From NCBI GenBank assembly GCA_964035545.1, contig OZ037770.1, positions 10,360,973-10,424,972 on the forward strand: DNA of 64,000 nucleotides. Direction: 5' to 3'. Shown here piece after piece: positions 10,538 through 22,400 of the stretch. This DNA is from Bugula neritina. Taxonomy: Eukaryota > Animalia > Bryozoa. Each line of letters opens with the position of its first letter. The first letter of the stretch is position 1. A program made the translations under genes and the position numbers. The notes below the pieces were generated by a model. It did no database searches and was not told where the DNA came from. It saw only the letters and a program-made list of their open reading frames with translations.

Positions 10538-13500
10538 ACAGGTATTAATTATATAGTAGGAGTTATGTCCCTTTCATAGGAAAAAATGAAAAACTTAAAA
10601 ATTAAACATGCTGCACTCAGTTTATGTCAAGAGGAGACAATTAATTCCAAAATCCTAAGTTTGAGAAAGCAAGAGCTTATAATGAACTATTGCAAAAAAA
10701 TGTCAAAGAACATTGTAACCCTGATTTTGAAAAATAGAATCTGTCAATTTAATGGCTATGGCATGAAACAGTGAAACTAGTCCAAGTTTCTTTTTGCTTT
10801 CATTTCTGTCCAATTAAATTAAGTTGTATTATCGTTGTTTATTCTGCTATACTCTTAAAACCTAATTGTCTAGTAGAAATACTGCTTGTCTGGCTTGATT
10901 TTGCTTCTTCTTTTGTGCAGCACTAAATAGGGTAAATTTACTTGTTTCATCTGCTTGACTTAAAAAATTACTTCAATTTTTAGGTCACTCTGCTAAGTAT
11001 ATTTGAGATGTATTTGTACCGTTACAATCTGTTGATGTTATTTTGGTAGTAAAACTATTAGATGAGTCATTTACACAATGCATACTAACATAATATATGT
11101 ATAGATGATAACTTTCTTCTATTTCTGTGTATTTCCTGTGTCTTTGTCCCTCATATTACTAGTTGCTATGCTTCATAAATGACTAATAGTTGTGATAAAG
11201 TAATATACTGTTTATAAAAGTATTTATTAAATATCCAAAGTTGCTTTCTCAATACTCAGAATATTTATTACAGGAAGATATAGACTGATGTGGAACAGGA
11301 AGTAGTTTCTGCAGCAGACACATCTAGTTATTTGGTTTAGAAAGTGACAAGTGAAAAGGCAGCTGATTGGTCCATTCATCTGACCTAGTAACACTCTATG
11401 GTTACATTACCATGTCATTCATATGATACTTATTTTAACATTATTCTATATTATCTATCATACAGGACTGAGAACTAAGTAGTAGCAGTTATTGTAAATT
11501 ATATTTCTTATAGGAGTGAAAACTCTGTAGTGCTTTCTATTGACAATCAAATATGGTTTTATGACATATATTATTATGTGTTTCAAAACAGGAAATCACA
11601 TAATCTGTATAATTTGAGAATCGATGTATGCTACTCAAAGTAAATATTAGTCAAATGAGGTCATGTGACATGTTAGCACTAGTCCAGTAGCCCAGTTTCC
11701 TTTTGGATTGTTTGGGAATATGGTTAGGCAGCCCATTAGTGATAAAATTCAATTACTAATACTATATTATCTCATTATTTACTCTCTATATATCATCTAA
11801 TTGATTATTGATACCACCCTGGCCATGTACTTGTTAGAAAATGTTGCAGCTGGGAATTGAACCCAGACCTCTTAGTAGAGAATCATGTGCCCTACCAACT
11901 GTGTCATCCTCTCTCTATCATATTAGTAATATTTTACTCCATATTACTAGTAATATCATTAGCCCAATTGTATTAATATTAGCAATGTGTTAATTAGGTT
12001 TCTTGATTTACGTTTTTTCCAAAAATAAATATTTTGCTTGTTCGCCGATTTTAAAATATAATATTGTGAGAAAACAGTGACTCATTTGTACTGCAAACTA
12101 AAGTAGAAGGTTTCACAGTGTAGAGTATTAGAGATGTTATATTCTTAGTTCTCACTTGATAGAAGTCAGTCTCTGTATCACCTTACTGCACTGTCTTTAT
12201 TTTACTCATTGGTGCATCTTGCATATGTCAACTGAATATTAAATATATTCAACAGTTCAACAGAGATAGTATGTCAAATAAATCCTTTACACTGTATCAC
12301 AGTTATGATGTAGTATTCTATATCTACAGGGCAACAAGGCATATATTGATGGTAGTGTTGCCAAATTACTCTCTAGTTGGTAACAGTAGAACCATGAATT
12401 CCAAATCTCACTGATGCCATATTCTATCATTTAACCAGCATATTATAATTATTGGAAACTTGCAATGTAATATTGTCTTAGTAATATTATGCACATCAAA
12501 GTGTGGTACACTGACTTATATACATTCAAGGGGCATGTTATATTCCCTAGCATGTTATCAGTAAACAAAATATTATAAACATTATGAAGGCTTACAGCTG
12601 AGACTACCAATTGGCATATAATAAATAAATTTGCTGCCTCTAACATGCACTTGGTTTATCATAATGGAAGGACAACTCTAATATACCATAAAATGCCCAT
12701 ATGAGTTTCTCGAAATTCAGATTTGGGAAACTTGTGTAATTACACTGCTTGCAGTTTGTGTGTATTTTTCATTGCAAATGCAGGTATTACTCAGTTATTC
12801 AATGACTAGTATTTGGCAATGCACTGTTACTTTTCTTTCACATAATAGAGAAAGCATTAGCCAATTGAAATCACCACATCATTTCTACTGAGAAGAGGGC
12901 GTGACTACAAAAAACAATTACAGTTTGCATTCTAGTATTAGTTAATGCACTGTCGCTTGACAATCATATATAGAAAGCATTAGCCAATAGGAATCACTAC
13001 ATTCTGACTGACAAGGGGCGTGGTTACAAGAAGCAGTAATTCAAGTTGGCATAAGTTATTCAAAATTTATTTACAGACTATACGTAAAATATTACTGTTT
13101 CATAATGAATAGATACACTATGAAGTAGAACCTAAAGTACAGCATTGTACAGAATCATTAAAACATGATGAGTAGAATTATAACTTACTGACCTTACTGG
13201 AAAATAATTATACACAATAGTTGAGTATGTGAATTACTGGTTGCATAACAGTGAAGCAGATATACATTATAATAAATTATAAAATATTTACTGTATAAAT
13301 ATAATGTCACATGTATTCATTTTGTAACATGTGTTGCTAATGTATAATAATAATAACATTAGCCAATAGGAATCTGATAGCCTCAATACCAGTGCAAATA
13401 CTTGTCAAGGAGAGGGCGACTCTTACTCTGATGTGTATATGTGGCCATTTTGTTGAGGAACTCAACTCTATCTTTATCATCTCAGCACTTACAATGTTAA

Positions 13501-13887
13501 TAAGATTTACAGTAAAGTATATTTCATAATATTGCTATGTATCTGTTGATGAACCTTTCACCAGCTAGGTCCTTTATGTTCTAGTACAATGTTTCTCTAT
13601 AATATGTCACTTTATATTACTCAATGTAATTCATATGCTAATGAAGTGAATATAAATAAAGTATAATTAATAAACTCTTACAATTCAGAGCATGTATATC
13701 AAATGTCAATATATCTTCTGTAGACCTGGGGAAGTAGACTGTTGCATCAGAACTGAATAATTAAATATATATATAATGATTTTCTCATCATGCTGCAGTA
13801 TAGACAATCTTCAGTGCTGGTATTTTGAAACTATAGAGTTATATTTATAGTTGATAGTCAACTGCACATATTATTAGTGCTAAACAC

Positions 13888-13963
13888 TGTAAAATAATTG
13901 CCCCCATTCGAACCACAGACCTCCAGCTTGCAAGCAGGCACGCTAACCAATTACGCTACAGGG
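13888..13963 (-). repeat. tRNA(Ala-TGC-like)-derived SINE head
   Basis: Minus strand TAGCGTAATTGGTTAGCG (A box), CTTGCAA loop, GGTTCGAAT (B box); no intact acceptor stem; copies at the same position of later units (27461-27536, 63288-63364). Confidence 0.6.
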
Positions 13964-14399
13964 ACTTCGGGATTCCAAGCAACACACACCAGATATATAT
14001 GTCTACAAGTACATGATTATAACCCCATAATAGTTACAAAATATGGTTTCAAACTCTTTAATGTAGTGAGGAAAGATAAAATATTATAATGTGCTAATAT
14101 TTAATGTCATGGTAAGGTATAAAACACATGATGAGATAAACATTAAGCTTTAAAACTATTTCCTATTTGTTGTGTTTGTCATGTATTATAATACAATGGT
14201 ATTGCGCAGACTTTGTTTGCTCTTTGATGGTTGTAGTTGTATGATTATAGCAAGCCAGTCATTTGTTCCTGTCAATTATTGCAGTTTTTAGGACTTATAC
14301 AGTTGCTAGAATTCTATAAGCATATCTAGAAAAATGCGGTATTTATTTCATTTCAAAATAATATAATAATTTAGTATAATAATTGTCTGAAGATGTGTC

Positions 14400-14740
14400 A
14401 AAACGCTGTATAGCCTTGCAGGCTACGGCCTTTTGCATATAATAGTAATAGTATTATGGTAAGGAACAGGGATGCCCATAAGCACAGGATGTAGAAGTAA
14501 GACAACCCCGTGCGCTCGTCGGAGAACTAGAAAAGGTTAAAATGGGAGTCGCGCGCTTTCTATAAAACAATAATGTCCGGTTGTGATCTTCCGTTGGGAT
14601 TTCCCGAACGCCATTACCAACTGTAGTGCCAGTATGCTGCTGAATTGCTGATAAAATTTTAGTTGACTGAATAACACCATACTTCAGAGTGATCAGTGGC
14701 TCAAACGTGATTAGATCACGCGCTCCAGCTACTGTAATTT
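14400..14740 (+). promoter_or_regulatory. Putative promoter of copy 2 with kB site GGGATTTCCC (14596-14605)
   Basis: CpG-rich patch in AT-rich DNA, repeated once per tandem unit; matches the NF-kB consensus GGGRNYYYCC. Confidence 0.55.
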
Positions 14741-16400
14741 AACAAAATGCAGTTCTAAATTGTCATTCACTTGCAATTTGCAGCGCTTCTACTTGCCACT
14801 TTATCACTTTAACACTTATTTATTAACTTATTACTTAATCTTATTACAGTAGTACTAGTAGTACTTTAATAGTAGTAGTACTACTAGTGAATTACTAGTT
14901 TTCTACTAGCAGTACTATTACTAGTACTACATTAGTACTAGTAGTAATACTGGTGGTAGTACTTGGCACTATGGGCATGGCAATTGATTTAAAATTCATT
15001 TTCATTTTAAATTTGACTTTCATATTCAACATTGGTTATGAATTAAAATATCATTATGAGTATCACTTTTAGACTCTGTATGAGTATCAGCATGACTATG
15101 AGACATGAGGTTAAGTTAGAGTATTCATTGATTAAATTTAATAGTATCACTATTAGTTTTAGTATCACTCTGACTTATAGTTAAAAAATTAGTATTAGTA
15201 ATAGTATCACTGATACCAATACTAATACTGTAATAGTATTACAGTATTACGACTACTACAACTGTTAGAATCATTATCATATTCATACTCATAGCCATAG
15301 TGACCCTGTCTACTTATAGTTACACTAATACTAATAGTAACATTATCATATGACTAACACTTTTCGAAATAGAATGTGAATAATGAAAGTGCATGTGAGT
15401 GATTATCATTATCACTTACACTATCACTCTGACTATGGTTGTTTTGCTGCGTGTTTGTTGGTAACCACTACCCTAACCAATAATCATTATAAATATTAGC
15501 CTGTTTAAAACTTTAAGATTATTACTATAACTATGGGTATGGCATTGTAGGTGTCAGTATAACAACTAGAAGTATCATGACCTGTAAGTTAACATGTTTG
15601 TTGTAATTGATGAATAAATGATTAAATCATTGTCATTAGTGTTATGAATAATAACCTATAAGTGTGAGTATCAATATGAGTATAAGTATGATTATCTGAA
15701 TACCAAAACATATAATACTGAGTCTTATACTTATAGTTACTATAAGTATGAGACTCCCAGTATCAATATTCAGGTTAGCCGTTGCCTGCATTAGCCATTT
15801 ACTGAATCAATAACTTTAAGTATCAACATATAGTTAAGATCGACTATGAATATCAAGATGAAGACCACTGTTAAGTGTAAGTGATTATTAGTATCACTGT
15901 GACTATCCATATTACTAAGAGTAGAAGTAACAATATCCTTATTCTATGTTCTAAATACAAGTTTTCAAATTTATTGTGAATATTTGTAACTACATGAAAT
16001 AGTACAATATGTGTACAGCATCCAGTTGGTTAATCAAGTTCTGGAAATCTTTCCGATTCAATAGTTGAAAATTTTAAGCAAATCAAGTGGAATGATTTTA
16101 TCAAGTTGGTTATTATTAACTATCCACTGCTTATGCCTAATGTTTTTACTTTTAATCTGCCTCTTTTGTATTGCTTTTTTATATTTGAAGGACATGCAGT
16201 CTCAATTCATGGGGTTTCACTGTAGCTAAGTAATTTAGTTCTGATTCTTAATAATGTACATATTAAGGTGTATTTTAAATGCTTCTAGAGATTTGTTTTG
16301 TTTGTTTTATTTCTCTCTTACAATTCTTTGTTGAAACATGTTTCTAAGAAAAATTGTTTTTATGTAAAGCTCACATTTCTATTTTATAGGGTAGATCTAA

Positions 16401-19400
16401 ATGGCAGAGGCTGCAGTGGAAAAAGTTGAGTGTGGATTCTGTTTACTTGAAGAAGGTTTAGAGAATCCCAAGTGTCTACCATGTGGTCATGTACACTGTT
16501 TACTGTGTCTTACTCGTAATGTTGATGTGAATGACATGATCAGGTGTCCTTGGTGTAGGTAAGTTAGTTTTATATAGACAGAGCTAAGACATACTGTTGA
16601 TAAAGAGTTGATGATTTACATCATATGTTTTACCTTATAATATTTTATTGCATTCTGTTATATATAGTTTCAATTATTACAAAATATTTATGTGTCTTGT
16701 CACAGGGAAGTGTTTGATGTGAGAGTGGAAAGTCTTCCATTTGCTGATATAGAGGACAACTCCGTATCATGTGACGTCTGCACTAAGAAAGGGATAGAGA
16801 AAGTACCAGCAGTAACCTACTGCACTGTGTGTCGTAAACTATTTTGTAGGAAACATGAGGAGGTAATTCCCTTACATAACTCTTTTTAAATCAGTTTATT
16901 ACTGTTTATTTTGTTGTTGCTCAGCATTTCAATGCGATGGTCACAATTGGCTATAAATTGACTTTATTGTCAAGGCTTTTATTATCTAAAGGACATCCTC
17001 CACAATTTGACAATCTTTTAAATCTTTTTTTGCTATGCATAGCTGAGTTTTCTTTAATATATTAATCAATATTATTGACCCTTGTTCATCACAGTCAACA
17101 AGTAGTCTTGCATTCTGTAAAATTTTTTTGGGGGTTTACTAAGCAGATAAAATACATTATTTTGTATCTAACATCATGATGATGTAATGCTCTGTAGTGA
17201 TAGCCTCTAGACTGTGTTCTTAACCTCGTTATGTGCAGTTGAGTTATCTTTATCAGTAAATATGTATTCTGTTATATTCAGTTACATGATGATCTCAGTG
17301 ATGACCACCAGAAGATGACCATCTCTGACTACAGAGTACAAGCCAAGAGACTGGAGAAAAAAGTTTGTCCCAAACACACAGCATATCCCTATGTACATGG
17401 ATGTAGAGTCTGTGCTCAACTGTTCTGTGTGCAGTGTGTATCTCGGACTAACTTGTGTGTTGGAGGTAACTCTTCTGCTTTTATATCCTTTCATATCATT
17501 ACTTTAAAGTTTTTTTATTTGTATCAACTGTATGTCTAAGTAATTAGTTTTAGTAGGCTACAGTGTCAATCAACAATTTCTACTCACCCTCTCCGTTGGA
17601 AGTTCGCATTCCGTTATTGTTTATTAATCGAACAAAAGATGGTGAAATACTTAAATAAACAATTTTTCCAATTATATTAGCAATACTTAGAAACAATTTA
17701 CCCAATGAAATCAAGAATAACCCATTAAACTCAAGATTTTAGAGTTTTTATAGTTGAGTCTATTTAATTGCATACGTGTGTAGTTTTATGATTTGTTTCC
17801 TTGTTCGTTATGTTTTCTGGTGAACCAATTATTGAACCATGTTGGAAATCTTTTGGCATTTTAAGCAAATGAAAACTGAGCCATTCTTATACATGCGAAG
17901 TTATTCACTCCTATAAAATTCAGATTAGACAGTGTTAGTTGGAGTTTGTAAGTCTCAGGAGTTCAAATAGGGTTCAGTCAGGAAAGACTCGGTTTCATTA
18001 CATGTAATATCTAAGTTAATCCACAACCTAAATGCATGCTAAAATAGTGCTGGGTGGTACTTGAGTTTGTTGGTTCATTGAAGTATATAATGGCAAGGAA
18101 AGGCAATTTTATTAAAGTATTACTTGTGATATTGTGCTCCTTTACGCAAAAACCTTTTTCATCAGGGGCTCTCCCACAGGGATGGTGACTATAACCTTGC
18201 GTGATATTGTCATTGTTATTTAAGCAAATATTGGTGTACATATGATTACATCACTGTGATGTAGATTCAGAGCACAAGATGGTTAGTCTAGATGAACTTA
18301 TCAGACAGTTGACAAACATAGAAGAACTGATAACTGCTGAAGATAAGACATCTCATCTCTTCAAAGAGATATCTAAGGCTATATCTGACTTTGATACTGA
18401 GACTGAAGACTTGCTGAGTATTCTTCATACACAGAGAGATGAACAGGTGAGATTCTGAAGAACACAGGCTACTCTCATGTGTTTTCATAGTTCTGTAAGA
18501 TGTTATTGGTTGGTTAATGTCTAAGAAATTGTGATTACTTTGTTTTAAGTCTCAAAGTATACAGCCAGACAAAGTGAAAGGGCCTGACTGATTGTTGTAA
18601 GTCTAGGAAGTGCCAAGCAATAATCTAGCTGAGGGATTTGAATTTATTTAATGTTGTGTCTACTTTCAGATTTCCAACTTGGATTGGGGATGTTGATTTT
18701 GTACAACAACTTTTTATAGGCTTGAGACTGTTTTTATCTCTTTTAATTGATTAATATTTATAATAGGGGTAACGGGGGCACAACGGTCATAGGGGTACAA
18801 AAAGCCGCTCAGATTGTCAGAGAACTTGTTGACTTAGAGTTTCGATTTTTTTCAATAAAAAGGTATTGGCCTAATTTTTCAGTCATTGTAGTTTCAAAAC
18901 TTGCGGAGCATACATGTTGAAGAGGCGAGTCAAAAACTGTTTTACCTACTCTTTGTAAATCTTTTAAGATGTCGTTAAAATTTTATAACTTTTTACACTC
19001 AAGGGTAACAAGCCTAGATTTTACTGATATTGTTGTCATTGTTTGTCTCTACATTGCCTAACTAGTATAACAGCAAACGCTAAAATAAATTTTCCTTGAA
19101 CCACATTTATTTTCAACTTGGCCACACGGAGCACAATGGGCTACATGATCTTTGCACCCTAATTACTGTTATCAGTTTGTTTGCTCAAAAAGTTGGATGA
19201 AATGTTAATAAAATCTATAGATATAGCCATTTCTGACCTTTTTGTAAAGTATGAAAGGCATCATGGTAAGACTACAAAACTACAAGGTGAAGCTCCGCTA
19301 ATAGGCCTATACACATTTGGTGAGGTCATAGCCTTGCCATTTTCTACATTATACAAAACACTCTGCTGTTGCTACTAAGTGATAGTCATGATATTTATTA

Positions 19401-22400
19401 TACATTATATCATTGAGGGATTATACATGTATTTGACTAAAATAAATTCTGATTTGTACATTTTCTCCCCTCCCTTTCCTCATTCCAGTCACAAACCTCA
19501 GCCATGCACCTTAGCTACAGTTGATAGAAAAAAGTTCACCCGGAATTTTGTAGTATATGTTACTAAAAAGTTTTCTGTTGAAAGTTCCTGTGGAGTGGAA
19601 ATAAAAAAACATTTTTAGTTCTAAACAGTAATGAAAATGGTAATGTAAAAATGAGTGATGCAGAAATAAGTGAGGGATGTGCGTTTGATTTTGCCTCCCC
19701 TTGCTATCTGTGGTTGTACAAATTGTACAGCTAAAACATGATTTTTGCTGTAGATCTGAAAGAGTATCTTTATTTATTTGTGTATATTAATTAAATTAAG
19801 ATCAGATGCAACCAAATTAACAAAGTTTCAATATATTTGTTGTGTCCCACCCAGTAGCCCATTGTACCCATTATCACTAAAAACTGAGTCACTGTTTGAC
19901 TTGACTCAGAGTATTCTGCGGGTACCTTGATTTGATTTTGCTAGCAATAAACATGACTTTTCTGGCTTGCAGTGACTTCAACTTTGGAAAGTTCCAAATC
20001 TTACTAGAATATTTCACTAGGTTTTACATATAAGTTATGTTTTAGTTGACTGAAGTGAGACTAAAGTATGAGAAACTGGAGAAGGAATTCTTAGCTAGTA
20101 GAAAGAAGACTAAAGAGGAACTGAACAGATACATGGAGAGAGAAGTTGGAACTGTTTTGTCTCAGCTGAGTAACAGTAGAATGAAGATAGAAGCTCAACT
20201 TAGACAAAACCATCAGGTTAGTGCAGAATTCAACATCTTCTACTAAACTGAGTTTTTCCTTGTAGTACTTTCCATTCTATAGTTTCACACCTTGCCATAT
20301 GTAATCAATGTTATATGGTAGACCTGTTTTTATGTTCATTTACTTGGAAGCACAAAATATGAAATGCTGGAAAACAGATATATCCTATATCGAATAAATA
20401 TTTTCAGCTTTAGTAATTTCAACAGATGGCAGTCTGCATCTCTACACTTTAAAAATTCTTATGTCTGACAACTGATGGATTCACAGTTTATTTTTTTCTA
20501 TGTTTAAATATTCAATGTGTATTTCTTGACTCAACTTTGTGGTATTAAATTTAAAATTTTTACAGCACTTCATTTATCCAAAATTTTAATCCTCGTTCTA
20601 ATGGTGTAAAATATTCACACTTACTGTTAATAGAACTGCACACCTACGTCTGCTGCATGCTAACTATTACACTACTACTGGGTAATCTCATACAGTTCTC
20701 TGTAACCCCTATAACTGCTTTAGTACCTAAACTTCCCTGGCCCCTAGTACTACTACACTACACTGCGCTAAACTCCAACCCACTGCAACACACTGCAGCA
20801 CACTGCAACCCACTGCAACACACTGCAACACACTGCAACACACTGCAACACACTGCATTACTCTCAAGACCAAAATACCTTGTAAAATAATTGCCCCCCC
20901 CCCACTGTTGATTGAACCACATATTTCTGGCTTGCAAGCCAGCGTACTAACCTTTGCACAGTAGGGGCTACGAAGGAGTCTCAACACTACAAATGGCTTG
21001 CATTTTGGTTGGTTATATTGTATATTATATAATGATGTATCTTATATTATAGTGCATTTTATACAGTGGTGTATTTAGTGCCATTTACAGAGAAATGTGA
21101 AATAGATCTTGGTTTATTATTTATCTGTCTAGCAGCTGTTCCTATCAGGGCTGGGGTAATTGTAATTTGTAATTGTAATTGGTTGTAATTAATTACATTT
21201 TTTTCAAGTAATTGAATGTAATTAGTAATTGATTTACAAAAATAAAATTGTAATTGCAATTGATTACATATTGAATGTAATTATTGATTTTTACAATTAC
21301 TTTATAATTACATGTCAAATACTTCAAATTTTTAAATCTTAAAAAATTAATACATTTCCTACCATGCCTATTGTTAAATAACAAGTTCAGATTTTAATTC
21401 AATGTAGTATTCTATCCCCCTCTTAATGATTGTTGAGAACAAAGGAGGTTCACCACTGTCAAAATTGTCCCTAGTAGTTGGACCCTAAAAGTGTGATTGC
21501 ATAACCTCTATATATCACTTGTGAGAACAAAAATAGTTGTAATTGTAATTAATTACATTACCATGTAATTGTAATTGTAATTAATTACATTACTTTTTAG
21601 TTGTAATTATAATTGTAATTATAACTGACAGATTTTCATGTAATTGTAATTGTAATTACATTCATATGTAATTGACCCCAATCCTGGTTCCTATGTGGCT
21701 ACACGTTACAGGTGGATCTGGTTGAAGGATTTGCAGAGATTAAAGAGAGAATACAGAGACTGATATCTGTTGAGATACCTAAACTAGAGCTGTGTGATGT
21801 CATGTCTCTAAAGGTCAAAGGTTAGTATACTAAACTAGAGCTGTGTGATGTCATGTCTCTAAAGGTCAAAGGTCAGTATACTAAACTAGAGCTATGTGAT
21901 GTCATGTCTCTAGAGGTCAAAGGTTAGTATACTAAACTAGAGCTGTGTGATGTAATCACCGGCTTTCCATGTACCGATCTCAGCGAGATCGATCCATGGA
22001 AAGATGTCAAAGATCGATCTCAGTCGTTCTGAGCTGGTCGGTCTGTAGAGCTCGAACTCAGATCGATCTCAGTGAGATCGATCCATGGAAAGACTCCAGA
22101 TCGATCTGAGAAGTAGAAAAAGACTGTTCGCTAAAATGTTGTCTGCTGATAAAAATGACAACTTACTGATAATTACTAAGCAAATTACTTAATAATTACG
22201 ATAGCCACATTTTCAGATGCCAAAACTTTGACTTTCAGTACTATGATTAAAAAAACTCAATTATATAAAATTATAGTCCATAGAAATTACAAAAAATTGG
22301 AGCATTTAAATTGAATTTAAATGACTAGTAAAACTTACTTTCATTAGTTATTTGCTGCGTAATTTCAAGCTTAACAATCCTGTAAGTTTATGAATAATCT

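Noticed and set aside
14820-15920. ACT/AGT-rich stretch as a structured array (also 820-1040, 3530-3765, 28400-29540)
   Set aside because: Degenerate low-complexity intron sequence with no fixed period.
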